Virus record (IMG/VR): IMGVR_UViG_3300009040_000001
DNA length: 37,372 nucleotides
Strand: one strand, 5' to 3'
Origin: a virus
Shown piece after piece: positions 14,657-24,558 of the stretch (the first letter of the stretch is position 1; each line of letters opens with the position of its first letter). The notes under the pieces were generated by a model. That model ran no database searches. It was not told the origin of the DNA and saw only the letters and a list, made by a program, of their open reading frames with translations. The position numbers and the translations under genes were made by a program.

Positions 14657-17106
14657 TGGTCGCGCGCCCCGGAGCCCTGCAAGCGACGTTCAACTCCGGC
14701 GAGGTCGCGCCGGAGCTCTACAGCCGCAGCGACGTGAAACAGTTCTACGCCTCGGCCGCGACGATGGAGAACGTCGAGCCGGTGCCGCAGGGCGGGTTCC
14801 GGCTGCTCGACCGATCGCGCGACCTCGGCCCGCAGCGCACGGCCCTGGCGCCGATCGTGGGAACCTTCAACTGGAACAGCAACAACCTGCCGGGCGGCAG
14901 CGTCGTCGCGCTGCTCACGTTCCCGTCCGCCGACCTCTCGGCTGTCCGCCTGGCCTACACCGCCTCGATCGACGCCGAAGCTCGCCTCCTCGTCGAGTAT
15001 CAGGACGCGACGTCGGGCAACTGGGGGCCGCTCGCCCCGGCCTACGCGGTGCGCACCGCCTTCCGGCAGCGGCTCGCCGCCAGGCCGCCCGGCCAGATGG
15101 TGCGCGCGACGGCGGTCCGCCTGGTGACGACGGCCGGCGCCGCCATGACGGTGAACGTGACGGACCTCGCGGCCTTCGGCGAGACCGGCGCGCTCGTCGA
15201 GGCGCAGCTCCTCGCCTTCACCTTCTCCACGTCGACGCCGTACATGCTCGTGCTCGCCGGGCAGGGCGTCGCCGACGTCTACCGCGACGGGCAATGGGTC
15301 GCGAGCGCCTGGCACTCTTTCACGGCCGACCGCATCGCCGACGTGACCGCCGTGCAGCGCCTCGAGACGGCACTCCTGTTCCATCAGGACAGCCCGACCG
15401 TGCGCCTGCTCCACGGCAACGGCGGCGATCACGACTGGCACACGGATCAGGCGCCCTTCGCGGACATCCCCGCCGTCGACCTCGGCGGCACCTACGCGAA
15501 GGTGGCCGAGCAGTGGCAGGTGGCCCTGCGTTGGCCCACGGTGAACGGCGCCGGCCCGCAGGGCTTCGTGTTCACGGTGACGGTCGACGGCCAGGACACG
15601 ACCGCCATCGGCATTCCCGACGTCGGCGCCTCGCGCTGGAACACGGTCGCGCCGGACCTCCAGGGCAAGCTGCGGTCGCTCTCGACGGTCGGTCCCGGCT
15701 GCACCGTCACGGTCGGCGACGGCGAGGCGAACGGCAAGGCGCCCGGCCTGCAGCTCCTCAACGTGTTCTTCGACGGCGGCAACACCGGCTCGCGGTTCAC
15801 CGTCTCGGCGAAGTTCATCAACACCGCGGACGCCGGCGCCAACGCCCTCCGGATCACGGTCGGCGATCCCGGCGGCGAGCCGCTGTTCTCGGCGACGCGC
15901 GGCTACGCGACGAGCGGCATCTTCTACCAGGATCGCCTGGTGTCAGCGGGCTTCCGATCGAAGCCCGGCGCGGTTCTCGCCTCGCCGGCGGCGGACTATT
16001 ACTCGGGCGTCATCGACGTGGACACCGCCTCGGGTGGTATCCTGCTCAACCTCGACACGGACGGTGCCGAGCAGGTGCGGCGCCTGGCCCGCTCGAAGCA
16101 CTTGGTGATCTTCACGACCGATGCGGAATACTACGTCTCGGACCGGGTGATCCGGCGCGACCAGCCGGTCAACGTCGTCGAGAGCTCCCGCAACGGATCC
16201 TGCCCGACCGTGCCGATCTGCACGACGGAGACCGGGCTCCTCTACGTGTCGCGCGCCCGCTCGCTGATCTACTCGGCGACCTATGACGACGTGGCCTCGG
16301 CCTATGTGAGCGACCCGCTGTCCCTCCTTGCTCGGCATCTCATCCAGGGCGTGCGCGGCGCCGCCCTGCAGCGGGCGAACGACCGCTCGGATGCCGCCCG
16401 CTACTTCGCGGTGCGCGACGACGGCCTGATGATCGTGGGCCTCATCATCCGGAGCCAGGACGTGACGGCGTTCGTGCGCTGGCGGACGGACGGCAAAGTC
16501 CGCGCGGTCGCCGTCGACGGCCTGAACCGGGTGTACCTCATCGTCGAGCGCATCGTCGCCGGCGTCGCCCGGAGGCGCGTCGAGTGGCTCGAGCCGGGCC
16601 TCCTCCTCGACGGCACCGTGTCGCAAGTGTTCGGTACGCCGCAGACCGTGGTGTCGAACCTCGGCGCCCATGAGGGCGCCGTGGTGTGGGCGATCGGCGA
16701 CGGGTTCGCGATGGGACCGTTCACCGTCGCCGGCGGCAGCATCACCCTGCCGATCCCCGTCACGACGGCGCATGTCGGCCGGTGGACGCCGCCGCTCGTC
16801 AAGACGCTGCCGCTGCCCCGCGAGGTCGGCACGCGGACGGTGCTGCTGCGGCCCTGCCGCGTGTTCGCCCTCGGCCTGCGCGTCATCGACACGACCTCGA
16901 TCGCGGTCGGCGCCAACGGCGAGGCTGCGAGCGACGTCGCCCTCTACCGCGGCGGGATGCCGACCGATCTCCCGCAGGTGCCGGTGACGGACTGGCTCGA
17001 CGTCGACGGCCTCGAGGGATGGTCCGTCGAGGGGCAGGCGACGATCACGCAGGTGCGCCCCGGCGCCCTGCAGGTGGCGGCGGTCAACGTGATGGCGAGG
17101 ACGTAG
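14656..17106 (+). CDS. Tail tubular protein B / nozzle, T7 gp12-like
   Basis: 816 aa, TGATG junction. GIFYQDRLVSAGFRSKPGAVLASPAADYY ... HLVIFTTDAEYYVS parallels T7 gp12 VFFFRNRLGFLSGENIILSRTAKYFNFY ... LLIWSDEAQFVLT (from memory). Confidence 0.8.
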   Translation: MVARPGALQATFNSGEVAPELYSRSDVKQFYASAATMENVEPVPQGGFRLLDRSRDLGPQRTALAPIVGTFNWNSNNLPGGSVVALLTFPSADLSAVRLAYTASIDAEARLLVEYQDATSGNWGPLAPAYAVRTAFRQRLAARPPGQMVRATAVRLVTTAGAAMTVNVTDLAAFGETGALVEAQLLAFTFSTSTPYMLVLAGQGVADVYRDGQWVASAWHSFTADRIADVTAVQRLETALLFHQDSPTVRLLHGNGGDHDWHTDQAPFADIPAVDLGGTYAKVAEQWQVALRWPTVNGAGPQGFVFTVTVDGQDTTAIGIPDVGASRWNTVAPDLQGKLRSLSTVGPGCTVTVGDGEANGKAPGLQLLNVFFDGGNTGSRFTVSAKFINTADAGANALRITVGDPGGEPLFSATRGYATSGIFYQDRLVSAGFRSKPGAVLASPAADYYSGVIDVDTASGGILLNLDTDGAEQVRRLARSKHLVIFTTDAEYYVSDRVIRRDQPVNVVESSRNGSCPTVPICTTETGLLYVSRARSLIYSATYDDVASAYVSDPLSLLARHLIQGVRGAALQRANDRSDAARYFAVRDDGLMIVGLIIRSQDVTAFVRWRTDGKVRAVAVDGLNRVYLIVERIVAGVARRRVEWLEPGLLLDGTVSQVFGTPQTVVSNLGAHEGAVVWAIGDGFAMGPFTVAGGSITLPIPVTTAHVGRWTPPLVKTLPLPREVGTRTVLLRPCRVFALGLRVIDTTSIAVGANGEAASDVALYRGGMPTDLPQVPVTDWLDVDGLEGWSVEGQATITQVRPGALQVAAVNVMART

Positions 17107-17110
17107 GGCG

Positions 17111-17701
17111 ATGGAGTTCGCGGCGAGCGCGTTTAGCGCCATGGCGTCGGCGGCCGGATCGGTTGGGGCGAGCGGCGTGGCGTCGGCCGCGACCGCCGGC
17201 GCCTCGGCCCTGACCTCCGCCTCCTCGGCGCTCGCCCCGCTGGCGTCGGCCGGGTCCGTCGTCGGCAGCATCCTGTCGGGCTCGGCGAGCCTCCTGCAGA
17301 TGTCGCAGCTCCGGCAGGCCGGGCGCGAGAGGGAGCTCTCGCTCAACCTGCAGGCGGCCGACACCGTGAACGACATCGCCCGCGAGAACCTGCAGCAACA
17401 GGACCGCTCGACCAGCCTGCGCCAGGCGCTCCTGCAGACGATCGGCGAGCGCGACGCCGCCTATGCCGCCAGCGGCGTGGACCTCACCTTCGGCACGCCG
17501 GCCGTCGCCCGCGAGCAGTCCGTCACCCAGGCCGAGCAGGCGCTCACCATGGAGAGCGCCACGGCGACGTCCCGCGTCGCCCGCCTCAACGAGCGGGCCG
17601 GCAACCTGCGCCTGATGGCCCGGAGCGCGCGCCGCTCGGCCGACACCATGGCCGACCTGACCGGCCTGCAGGCCGCCGGCAACCTGCTCCGGCGAGGCTG
17701 A
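17111..17701 (+). CDS. Internal virion/ejection protein, gp14-like
   Basis: 196 aa. Ala/Ser/Gly-rich hydrophobic N-terminus, then a helical region. Position and size match T7 gp14. Confidence 0.6.
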   Translation: MEFAASAFSAMASAAGSVGASGVASAATAGASALTSASSALAPLASAGSVVGSILSGSASLLQMSQLRQAGRERELSLNLQAADTVNDIARENLQQQDRSTSLRQALLQTIGERDAAYAASGVDLTFGTPAVAREQSVTQAEQALTMESATATSRVARLNERAGNLRLMARSARRSADTMADLTGLQAAGNLLRRG

Positions 17702-17702
17702 C

Positions 17703-19928
17703 ATGGCGAACAAGCGGGGCAACAACGTACAGGTCGACACCCCCCGGTTCCGGGGCACTGTCGACGTCGGCAACGCGGCGGTGCCGCGGGGCGACGGCTC
17801 GGACGCGGCCGCTGTCGCGGCCGGCTACGGCGCGCTGGCGCGGGAGGCCGGCGAGTGGGCCGACAAGGCCGCCAAGATCGAGGGCAAGCGCGAGGGCGAG
17901 ATTGCCGGCCTCGACCCGGCCTGGCGCCCCTCCGGCTCGACCACGATCCGCGGCGCGGCCGCCGACGAGGCCGGGCAGACGAGCTACTTCAACAACCTCG
18001 ACGCAAAGCTGCGCACGTCGCTGACCGACGCCTACCAGCAGCATCAGAACGACCCGACCGCGCTCAAAGCCGCCTTCGACACCATCAAGGCGTCGATGAT
18101 GGACCCGGCCAAGGGCGACGTCTTCCCCGAGATCGCGTCGAGCTTCAACGCTTCCTTCGAGCGCCTGCGCCTGCCGTTCCAGATCAAGGCGCTCGACAAC
18201 TTCCAGGGTCAGCAGCGCGACCAGGCGCGCGCCTCGGCCGTCGTGGCGGCAAGCGCCGGCGAGACGGTGCGAGAGCAGGGTATCCGCGCCCTGCCGCGGG
18301 CGCCTGAGACCCGCCAGGCCGTCGAGGCGACGCTCGTCGAGGACGACCTGCGCGACGCGCAGCTCGTGCGCTCTGAGGCGATCACCGCCGAGCAGGCGGC
18401 CAAGAGCCGGGTCAAGCGGCGACAGGATGCCGAGGTTACGTTCGTACAGGCCACGGGCGATACCCTGAACACCCCGGATGCTGTAGCGGCCTACCGGACG
18501 CAGATGCTCAAGGACTTCTCGGACGGAAAGACCAAGCTCGATGCCGGCGGCGTCGCCCGCGCAGAGGCCTACCTCGAGCAGCGGGAGCGGCAGCTTCGGG
18601 TTCGCGGCGTGCAGGACCGGGCTGTGGTGACGGGCATCTTCGACAAGATCGTAGGCCAGTACGCCGACAATATTCCCACGTCGCCGGAGGAAGCAGCGGC
18701 CGCGCGGCAGAAGGCTCTCGCCATCCCCGGCGGCGAGGCGCTGGTGGCGGACTTCGACAAGCGCCTGCTGATCGCCAGCGTCGTGCGCAGCCGCCGACCC
18801 GACGAGCTCGACGCCATGGCCGACGAGATCACGGCGGGCGCGCAGAAGGCAGGGCGTGGCCTCTCGACGGAGGAGGGGGCCCGCATCCAGGAGCTGCGCG
18901 AGATGTCGAGCAAGAAACGCTCGGCCCTCAATGCCGACCCTCTCGCCTATGCTCGGCGCTCGCTCAAGATCGAGACGCCGCCGCTCGTCCTGCCTGAGAA
19001 GGATGCCGGCGCGGCCGTCGCCGCTCAGATCGGCCCGCGCACCGCGGCGGCGAAGGCGGCCGCAGCCGGGCAGGGCACGCCGGTGCGCTACCTGACCAAC
19101 GACGATAGGCTCGCGCTGAAAGCCGTAGCCGACGCCGGCGGCTCGCGCATGGTCGAGGTGGCTCGTGGGATCGTCGAAGGCGCCGGGCAGGACGCGCCGG
19201 CCATCCTGCGCGAGATCGGCGGCGACATGCCGGAGATGGCCGTGGCGGGCCAGCTCCTCGCCGCGGGCGTCCCGTCTGCCGCCCGGACCGCGACGGACAT
19301 CGCGACCGGGCTCAGCCTCAACCACGTCGCCGGAGCGCAGGGCGCCAGGGCGGTGCCCAACCTGCCCAAGAATGCGCCGGCCCTGAAACGAGGTGAGTTC
19401 GGGGCGGCCTACCTCAATAGTGGGGCTTATCAGGAGCAGATTACCGCCGCTGCGAAAGCGATCTATCAGGCCCGCGCGGCGGGCAAGAACATCGACGGCG
19501 AGAGTACCGAGGGACGTCTCCTCTATCAGCAGAGCCTCCACGAGGCGGCCGGCAGATCGACGGTCGACGGACAGGACTATGGCGGCGTCACGAAATACAA
19601 CCCGGGCGGCGGCATCATGGGGCATCCGAGCCAGCCCGTGCTGGTGCCGCCAAACGTCAAGGCCGACAGCTTCCGCTCCGTCATTCGCGCGATCCGCACC
19701 GACGAGATACAGGCCCTGCCCGGTGGTGCCGGCGTCACGGCCTCGGAGGTGCACTACGCGGTGCCGGTGCGCGTGAAGGGTGGCTACGCCTTCGCCCTCG
19801 GCGACGCGAAGGACGACACCACCCGCTACGTCTCGGACGGCAAGCAGCGCCTCGTCATCGACGTGGAAGGCATGGAGAGCGTGCTGCGCGGCCGCGTGCC
19901 GGACGCCTACCTAGGCGGGAAGAAATGA
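17703..19928 (+). CDS. Internal virion/ejection protein, gp15-like
   Basis: 741 aa, mostly helical by composition. Position and size are comparable to T7 gp15. Confidence 0.6.
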   Translation: MANKRGNNVQVDTPRFRGTVDVGNAAVPRGDGSDAAAVAAGYGALAREAGEWADKAAKIEGKREGEIAGLDPAWRPSGSTTIRGAAADEAGQTSYFNNLDAKLRTSLTDAYQQHQNDPTALKAAFDTIKASMMDPAKGDVFPEIASSFNASFERLRLPFQIKALDNFQGQQRDQARASAVVAASAGETVREQGIRALPRAPETRQAVEATLVEDDLRDAQLVRSEAITAEQAAKSRVKRRQDAEVTFVQATGDTLNTPDAVAAYRTQMLKDFSDGKTKLDAGGVARAEAYLEQRERQLRVRGVQDRAVVTGIFDKIVGQYADNIPTSPEEAAAARQKALAIPGGEALVADFDKRLLIASVVRSRRPDELDAMADEITAGAQKAGRGLSTEEGARIQELREMSSKKRSALNADPLAYARRSLKIETPPLVLPEKDAGAAVAAQIGPRTAAAKAAAAGQGTPVRYLTNDDRLALKAVADAGGSRMVEVARGIVEGAGQDAPAILREIGGDMPEMAVAGQLLAAGVPSAARTATDIATGLSLNHVAGAQGARAVPNLPKNAPALKRGEFGAAYLNSGAYQEQITAAAKAIYQARAAGKNIDGESTEGRLLYQQSLHEAAGRSTVDGQDYGGVTKYNPGGGIMGHPSQPVLVPPNVKADSFRSVIRAIRTDEIQALPGGAGVTASEVHYAVPVRVKGGYAFALGDAKDDTTRYVSDGKQRLVIDVEGMESVLRGRVPDAYLGGKK

Positions 19929-22021
19929 GGCTCGGCTTCGACGAGGCATTCGAGGACCGCCCGGTCCCCCTGGCGAAGCCGGGCGACGGCCTGCCGTTCT
20001 CCGAGCGCCTTGACCGTGAGATAGGCGACCTCGCCTCCGGCAAGCTCGGCTTCTTACGGGTTCACGATGCCGCCTTGCAGCAGAGCCAGCTCCTCGACCT
20101 GTCGCGCTCGCGGGTGATCCGCGAAGAGCAGCAGTACGACGGGATTATCGCGGCCGTGCAGCGGTCCTCCGGTGTGCGGCTCGATAACCCTTGGCGCGGC
20201 GGCTACCTCGCGGAGGCGGGCGGCTACCCCGATCCGATGGAGTTTCGCGACGATCCCTTCGACCGCCAGGCAGAGATCTTCCGGGGGAAGGTCTCCGAGC
20301 TGCGCGCCTCGTCGCCGGCCGTCGAGGCGGCGGTGGCGGCCGCAGAGGCCGAGTTCGCGCCCCGTGCCATCGTCAAGCGTGCAGAGGGCGAGCTGACCGC
20401 CGCTCGCGAGGCGGCGACCTATACGGGCTCCTTCCTCGGCCAGGTCACGGGCGGCGGCGTCGCGGCATTCCGCGACCCGCTAACCTATTTCGGGCTCCTG
20501 TTCGGGGCCGGCGCCGCGGCCGGGCGCACCGTGGCCTCGCGCATCTTCGGCGTCGCCTGGCGCGAGGCGGCCGTCAACGCGGGCATCTCCGCCGCGCAGC
20601 AGCCCTTCGTCCAGGCCGGGCGCGCCGAATTGGGGATGCCCTACGGATTTGGTGAGGCGGCCGAGAACGTCGCCCTCTCCGGGCTCGTTGGCGCGGCTTT
20701 CGGCGGCGGCCTGCAGGGCGCGCGCGAGCTGGCTCGCGCCGTCGGCCCAAAGCGTTCCGCCGGCCTGGAACGGGCCATGGCCCCGGATGCGAGCGCCGGG
20801 GACGTGGCCGCGGGCCTGCGCGAGGCGGGCATCGCCCTACCGCGCGAGGAGGCGGACGTGCTGCGCCAGGCGGTCGGCGTCGAGCGAGCGGACATCGCGG
20901 CGCTTCGCGACGTGCCCCCCGGCGTCGGTCGCGGCCCGCACGCCGACGCCCTCGCCGAGGCTGTGGCCCGCGCCGAGGACCCGTCCGCGCCCCCGCCGGC
21001 GCTGCCTTACCCGACCCGGCCCGGTGTCACCGACGACGCGGCGCTCGCAGTGCTCGAGCGGACGGACCTTCACCCGATCGATGCGCTCGTGGAGCTGCGC
21101 GGCGACCTCTCCCTCGTGGAGAGCGCCCTGTCCTCGCGCTCACCGGCGATCCGCGAAGCCGGCGTGGTGGCGCTCCTGCCCGACGACGCCTTCGCCATGG
21201 TGCGCGACGAACTGGTGGACCCGCGCCACGCCGCCATGGCCGTGCGCGCCGCCGTCGAGCCGGAGCGACAGACGGCGATCATGGCCGACCTTGCCGAGCT
21301 GCGGCCGTCGACGGTCGCCGAGGCCCGCGAGATCATCGACGCCGCCGTGGCCGCGCAGACCGCCCGCGCCCGCAATGCCGGCCTCATGGGCGAAGCGCTG
21401 CCGCCGGAGGCGTTCCCCGGCGGTGCCACGGGCATCGGCCGTGAGGGCCTGTTCGGGCGGGCCGCTGAGGTCGACCCTGCGCAGGCAGGGCTGTGGCGCG
21501 AGCGCCAGGCCGCTCTTGAGGCCGATTACGAGACGTACCGGATGCTCGATGCCGGCCCCGAGCGCGATGCCGTGGCCCGGCGCTATATGGAGGGCTACGC
21601 GGCCGCGGTAGACGGCGCCGGGCTTGCGGACAGCCCGTCGAGCGGGAGCGTCAGCGGACCGAACGCGGGCTCGAAAGTCGCCCGCCAGACCGGCTCCGAC
21701 ATGAGGCCGCCAGAGTGGGCAACCTCCACGGCGTCGACCGATGTCCAAGCCGCGCCCGGTGTCAGCACGGCGAATGCCTTGTCGAGCGAGGCGGACAGAA
21801 CGGCCGGCCGCCAATCCCAATTGATGAACCGCACGGGCGCCTCCGAAGTCGACGGCGCAGCCGCGCAGGAAGCCGCGCGGGTGTCAAGCCGCGAGGACGT
21901 GCGCGGCCTCGTGCCGACCGTCCGCGATGACGGATCGGTGGGCTTCGTGCGCCGCGGCCAGGCCGAGCTGGCCGGCGAACGCGATCTGTTCCTCAACGAC
22001 GTTGTGCGGAGTTGCCGCTAA
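19925..22021 (+). CDS. Internal virion/ejection protein (gp16-like, part 1)
   Basis: 698 aa, ATGA junction. Gly/Ala-rich hydrophobic stretches (FLGQVTGGGVAAF, YFGLLFGAGAAAG, ALSGLVGAAFGGGL) are typical of membrane-inserting ejection proteins. Confidence 0.55.
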   Translation: MRLGFDEAFEDRPVPLAKPGDGLPFSERLDREIGDLASGKLGFLRVHDAALQQSQLLDLSRSRVIREEQQYDGIIAAVQRSSGVRLDNPWRGGYLAEAGGYPDPMEFRDDPFDRQAEIFRGKVSELRASSPAVEAAVAAAEAEFAPRAIVKRAEGELTAAREAATYTGSFLGQVTGGGVAAFRDPLTYFGLLFGAGAAAGRTVASRIFGVAWREAAVNAGISAAQQPFVQAGRAELGMPYGFGEAAENVALSGLVGAAFGGGLQGARELARAVGPKRSAGLERAMAPDASAGDVAAGLREAGIALPREEADVLRQAVGVERADIAALRDVPPGVGRGPHADALAEAVARAEDPSAPPPALPYPTRPGVTDDAALAVLERTDLHPIDALVELRGDLSLVESALSSRSPAIREAGVVALLPDDAFAMVRDELVDPRHAAMAVRAAVEPERQTAIMADLAELRPSTVAEAREIIDAAVAAQTARARNAGLMGEALPPEAFPGGATGIGREGLFGRAAEVDPAQAGLWRERQAALEADYETYRMLDAGPERDAVARRYMEGYAAAVDGAGLADSPSSGSVSGPNAGSKVARQTGSDMRPPEWATSTASTDVQAAPGVSTANALSSEADRTAGRQSQLMNRTGASEVDGAAAQEAARVSSREDVRGLVPTVRDDGSVGFVRRGQAELAGERDLFLNDVVRSCR

Positions 22022-24558
22022 TGGCCTTTGCGGATTGCATCATTTCCGCGCGCGACCAGGGCGCCATCTCCCGCGAGGAGGCCGACGATCTCGTGAACCG
22101 CTACGAGCGGTTCAAGCGTGCCCGCGCCGGAGACGATCGCGCCGCGCGGGCCGACCTCGCCGCCGACCTCACCGAGCAAGCCGAGCGCAAGCGCCGCCTC
22201 GCCGAGTTGCAGGAAGCGGCTGTCACCCGGATCGAGGCGGACATCTCCGGCTACCGGACGCCCGGCGGGCAGGCGGACATCCTCGGCGCCGTGGCCTCGG
22301 TGCTCGCCAACGAGAACGCCCGCCTCGCCGGTTTCCCGTCCGTGAACGGCCGTGCCAACGCCGTCACCGGCTACGTCCATGCCCGGCTCGAGGAGCTGCT
22401 GCACGACCAGCGCCGCACTTGGCTCACAGGCCGCCGTCCGAACAAGATGCGCATGGATGCGATCGTGGATGCAGCCTATGGCGGCACCGATGACGTGGCG
22501 GCCCGCGGTTTCTGGGATGCCTACCGCAAGGTCAACGACGAGCTGGTCGGGCTCTTCAACGCCGCCGGCGGCCAGCTCCGGGAGATGGAGAACTTCCTCC
22601 CGCAGAAGCACGACGCCCGCAAGCTCGCCAAGGCCAAGGAAGCGCGCTGGGTGGAGTTCACCCTGCCGCGCCTCGACCGCGAGCGGATGCTCGACCCGTT
22701 CACGGACCGGCCCTTCACCGACGAGCGCCTGCGCGAGGCCCTGTCCGTCGCCTACCGTCGCCTCGTCACGGACGGGTGGAGCGACCGCGACCCGAGCATC
22801 CAGCGCCAAGGCCGCGGCGCCCTGGCAAATCAGCGCGGCGAGAGCCGCTTCCTGATCTTCAAGGATGCCCCGGCCTGGCGAGAGTACCAGGCGACCTTTG
22901 GCACCGCGGACACCTTCGCCACGCTGATGGACCATCTCTCGTCGATGGCGAAGGACGTGGCGGCCCTGGAACGGCTCGGCCCGAACCCCGCCGCGACGGT
23001 GGAGTGGATGAAGCAGGTGGTCCGCTCCGAGGCCGCCAAGCGCGCGATCGGCGATGAGAGCCTGTTCGACGCCTCGTCGCCGGCCCTGGCGCTCGCCGGC
23101 CGCCTCGGCCGCGACGTCGAGCAGCGGACGATGGAGCGCGCCGAAGCGATCCAGAACAAGGGGCAGAAGCTCATCGACAGCCTGTGGGGCGAGCTGCGCG
23201 GAGGGGCCAAGCCCGAGAACATGTTCGTCGCCGACTTCTTCGCGGGCGCCCGCAACCTGCTCACGGGCATCCAGCTCGGCTCGACCTTCTGGACGGCGGC
23301 GGTGACGGACCCGTTCATTCAGGCTCGTGCCCGGCAGTTCTCCGGTCTGCCCGTCGCGAAGGTCGTGGCGAGCATGGCGAGGCAGCTCTCCGGTGCGAAC
23401 GGCCGCGAGATCATGCGGGCCGGCATCGTCGTCGAGGACGCGATGCATCATCTGCGGCTCGATGCCCGCAGCGCCGGGCTCCTCGACGGTGCCGGCTGGA
23501 CACGGGTGCTCCCGGACCGCGTGCTCGCCGTGACCGGCCTCACGCCGTGGACGCAGATGGGGCGGCGCGCCCTGGCGGCGGACTTCATGTCGGTGGCGGC
23601 CGACGAGATGAGCAAGGCCCACGGCGAGGTGCTTCCGGCGTTCCGGCGCTACCTCGCCGGCTACGGCATCGGCGAGCGTGAGTGGGACGTGATCCGCACC
23701 GCCCGCGCCCACGAGCCGGCGGCCGGCTCGGCCGGTCTGCTGCGCCCCGTCGACATTGCGGACACCGCTCGCAGCGGCGACGCCTTCGAGATCGCCATGC
23801 GCTACTCGGAGGCGATGCACGCTCTGATGGAGGATGCTGTCCCGCAGGGATCGGTCTCGACCCGAGCGGCGATGCGCGGGGACAGCGCCGCCGGCACGGT
23901 CATGGGCGAGCTGCGCCGCTCCATGATCATGTACCTGTCCTTCTCGCACTCCTTCATGACCACGACGCTGCGGGCCACGGCGCAGGAGCTCGGCGCCGGC
24001 ACGAAGCGGGGCGCCGCGACCTATGCCGGCACGACGCTGATCGGCCTGACCCTGGGCGGCTTCGCGGCGGTGCAGATCGGCCAGCTTCTCGGCGGGAAGG
24101 ACCTGGCGCCGGCCAACAGTGCGGAGACCTGGGTTTCGGCCATGCTGAAGGGGGGCGGCCTCGGGCTCTACGGGGACTACCTTTTAGCGGACACCAGCAA
24201 GATCACGTCGACACCGGCCGAGAAGCTCGCGGGGCCGCTGTTCGGTGCCTTCTACGACGCGCTCAAGGTGGCGGCGCCCGGCGCGGCGCTTCGCGACAAC
24301 GAGAAGGTCAATCGGTCCGACAGCGCCGTGCGCTTGCTAGAGCGCTACATGCCGGGCGCCAACACCTGGTACACGCGGCTCGCCTGGCAGCGGCTGGTGA
24401 CGGATCAGCTCCACTACCTGACGAACCCGAACGCGCACCGGACCTTCCGGGAGCGCGAGCGCCGCCTCGAGCGGGAGAGCGGCCAGGGCTACTGGTGGGC
24501 GCCCGGCGAGACGGAGCCGCGCCGGGCGCCGGTGATGGCGACGCAGCCGGCGCGCTAG
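22021..24558 (+). CDS. Internal virion/ejection protein (gp16-like, part 2)
   Basis: 845 aa from ATG 22021 (TAATG junction). C-terminal hydrophobic segments TTLIGLTLGGFAAVQIGQLLGG and GGGLGLYGDYLL. I recognised no transglycosylase motif. Confidence 0.55.
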   Translation: MAFADCIISARDQGAISREEADDLVNRYERFKRARAGDDRAARADLAADLTEQAERKRRLAELQEAAVTRIEADISGYRTPGGQADILGAVASVLANENARLAGFPSVNGRANAVTGYVHARLEELLHDQRRTWLTGRRPNKMRMDAIVDAAYGGTDDVAARGFWDAYRKVNDELVGLFNAAGGQLREMENFLPQKHDARKLAKAKEARWVEFTLPRLDRERMLDPFTDRPFTDERLREALSVAYRRLVTDGWSDRDPSIQRQGRGALANQRGESRFLIFKDAPAWREYQATFGTADTFATLMDHLSSMAKDVAALERLGPNPAATVEWMKQVVRSEAAKRAIGDESLFDASSPALALAGRLGRDVEQRTMERAEAIQNKGQKLIDSLWGELRGGAKPENMFVADFFAGARNLLTGIQLGSTFWTAAVTDPFIQARARQFSGLPVAKVVASMARQLSGANGREIMRAGIVVEDAMHHLRLDARSAGLLDGAGWTRVLPDRVLAVTGLTPWTQMGRRALAADFMSVAADEMSKAHGEVLPAFRRYLAGYGIGEREWDVIRTARAHEPAAGSAGLLRPVDIADTARSGDAFEIAMRYSEAMHALMEDAVPQGSVSTRAAMRGDSAAGTVMGELRRSMIMYLSFSHSFMTTTLRATAQELGAGTKRGAATYAGTTLIGLTLGGFAAVQIGQLLGGKDLAPANSAETWVSAMLKGGGLGLYGDYLLADTSKITSTPAEKLAGPLFGAFYDALKVAAPGAALRDNEKVNRSDSAVRLLERYMPGANTWYTRLAWQRLVTDQLHYLTNPNAHRTFRERERRLERESGQGYWWAPGETEPRRAPVMATQPAR

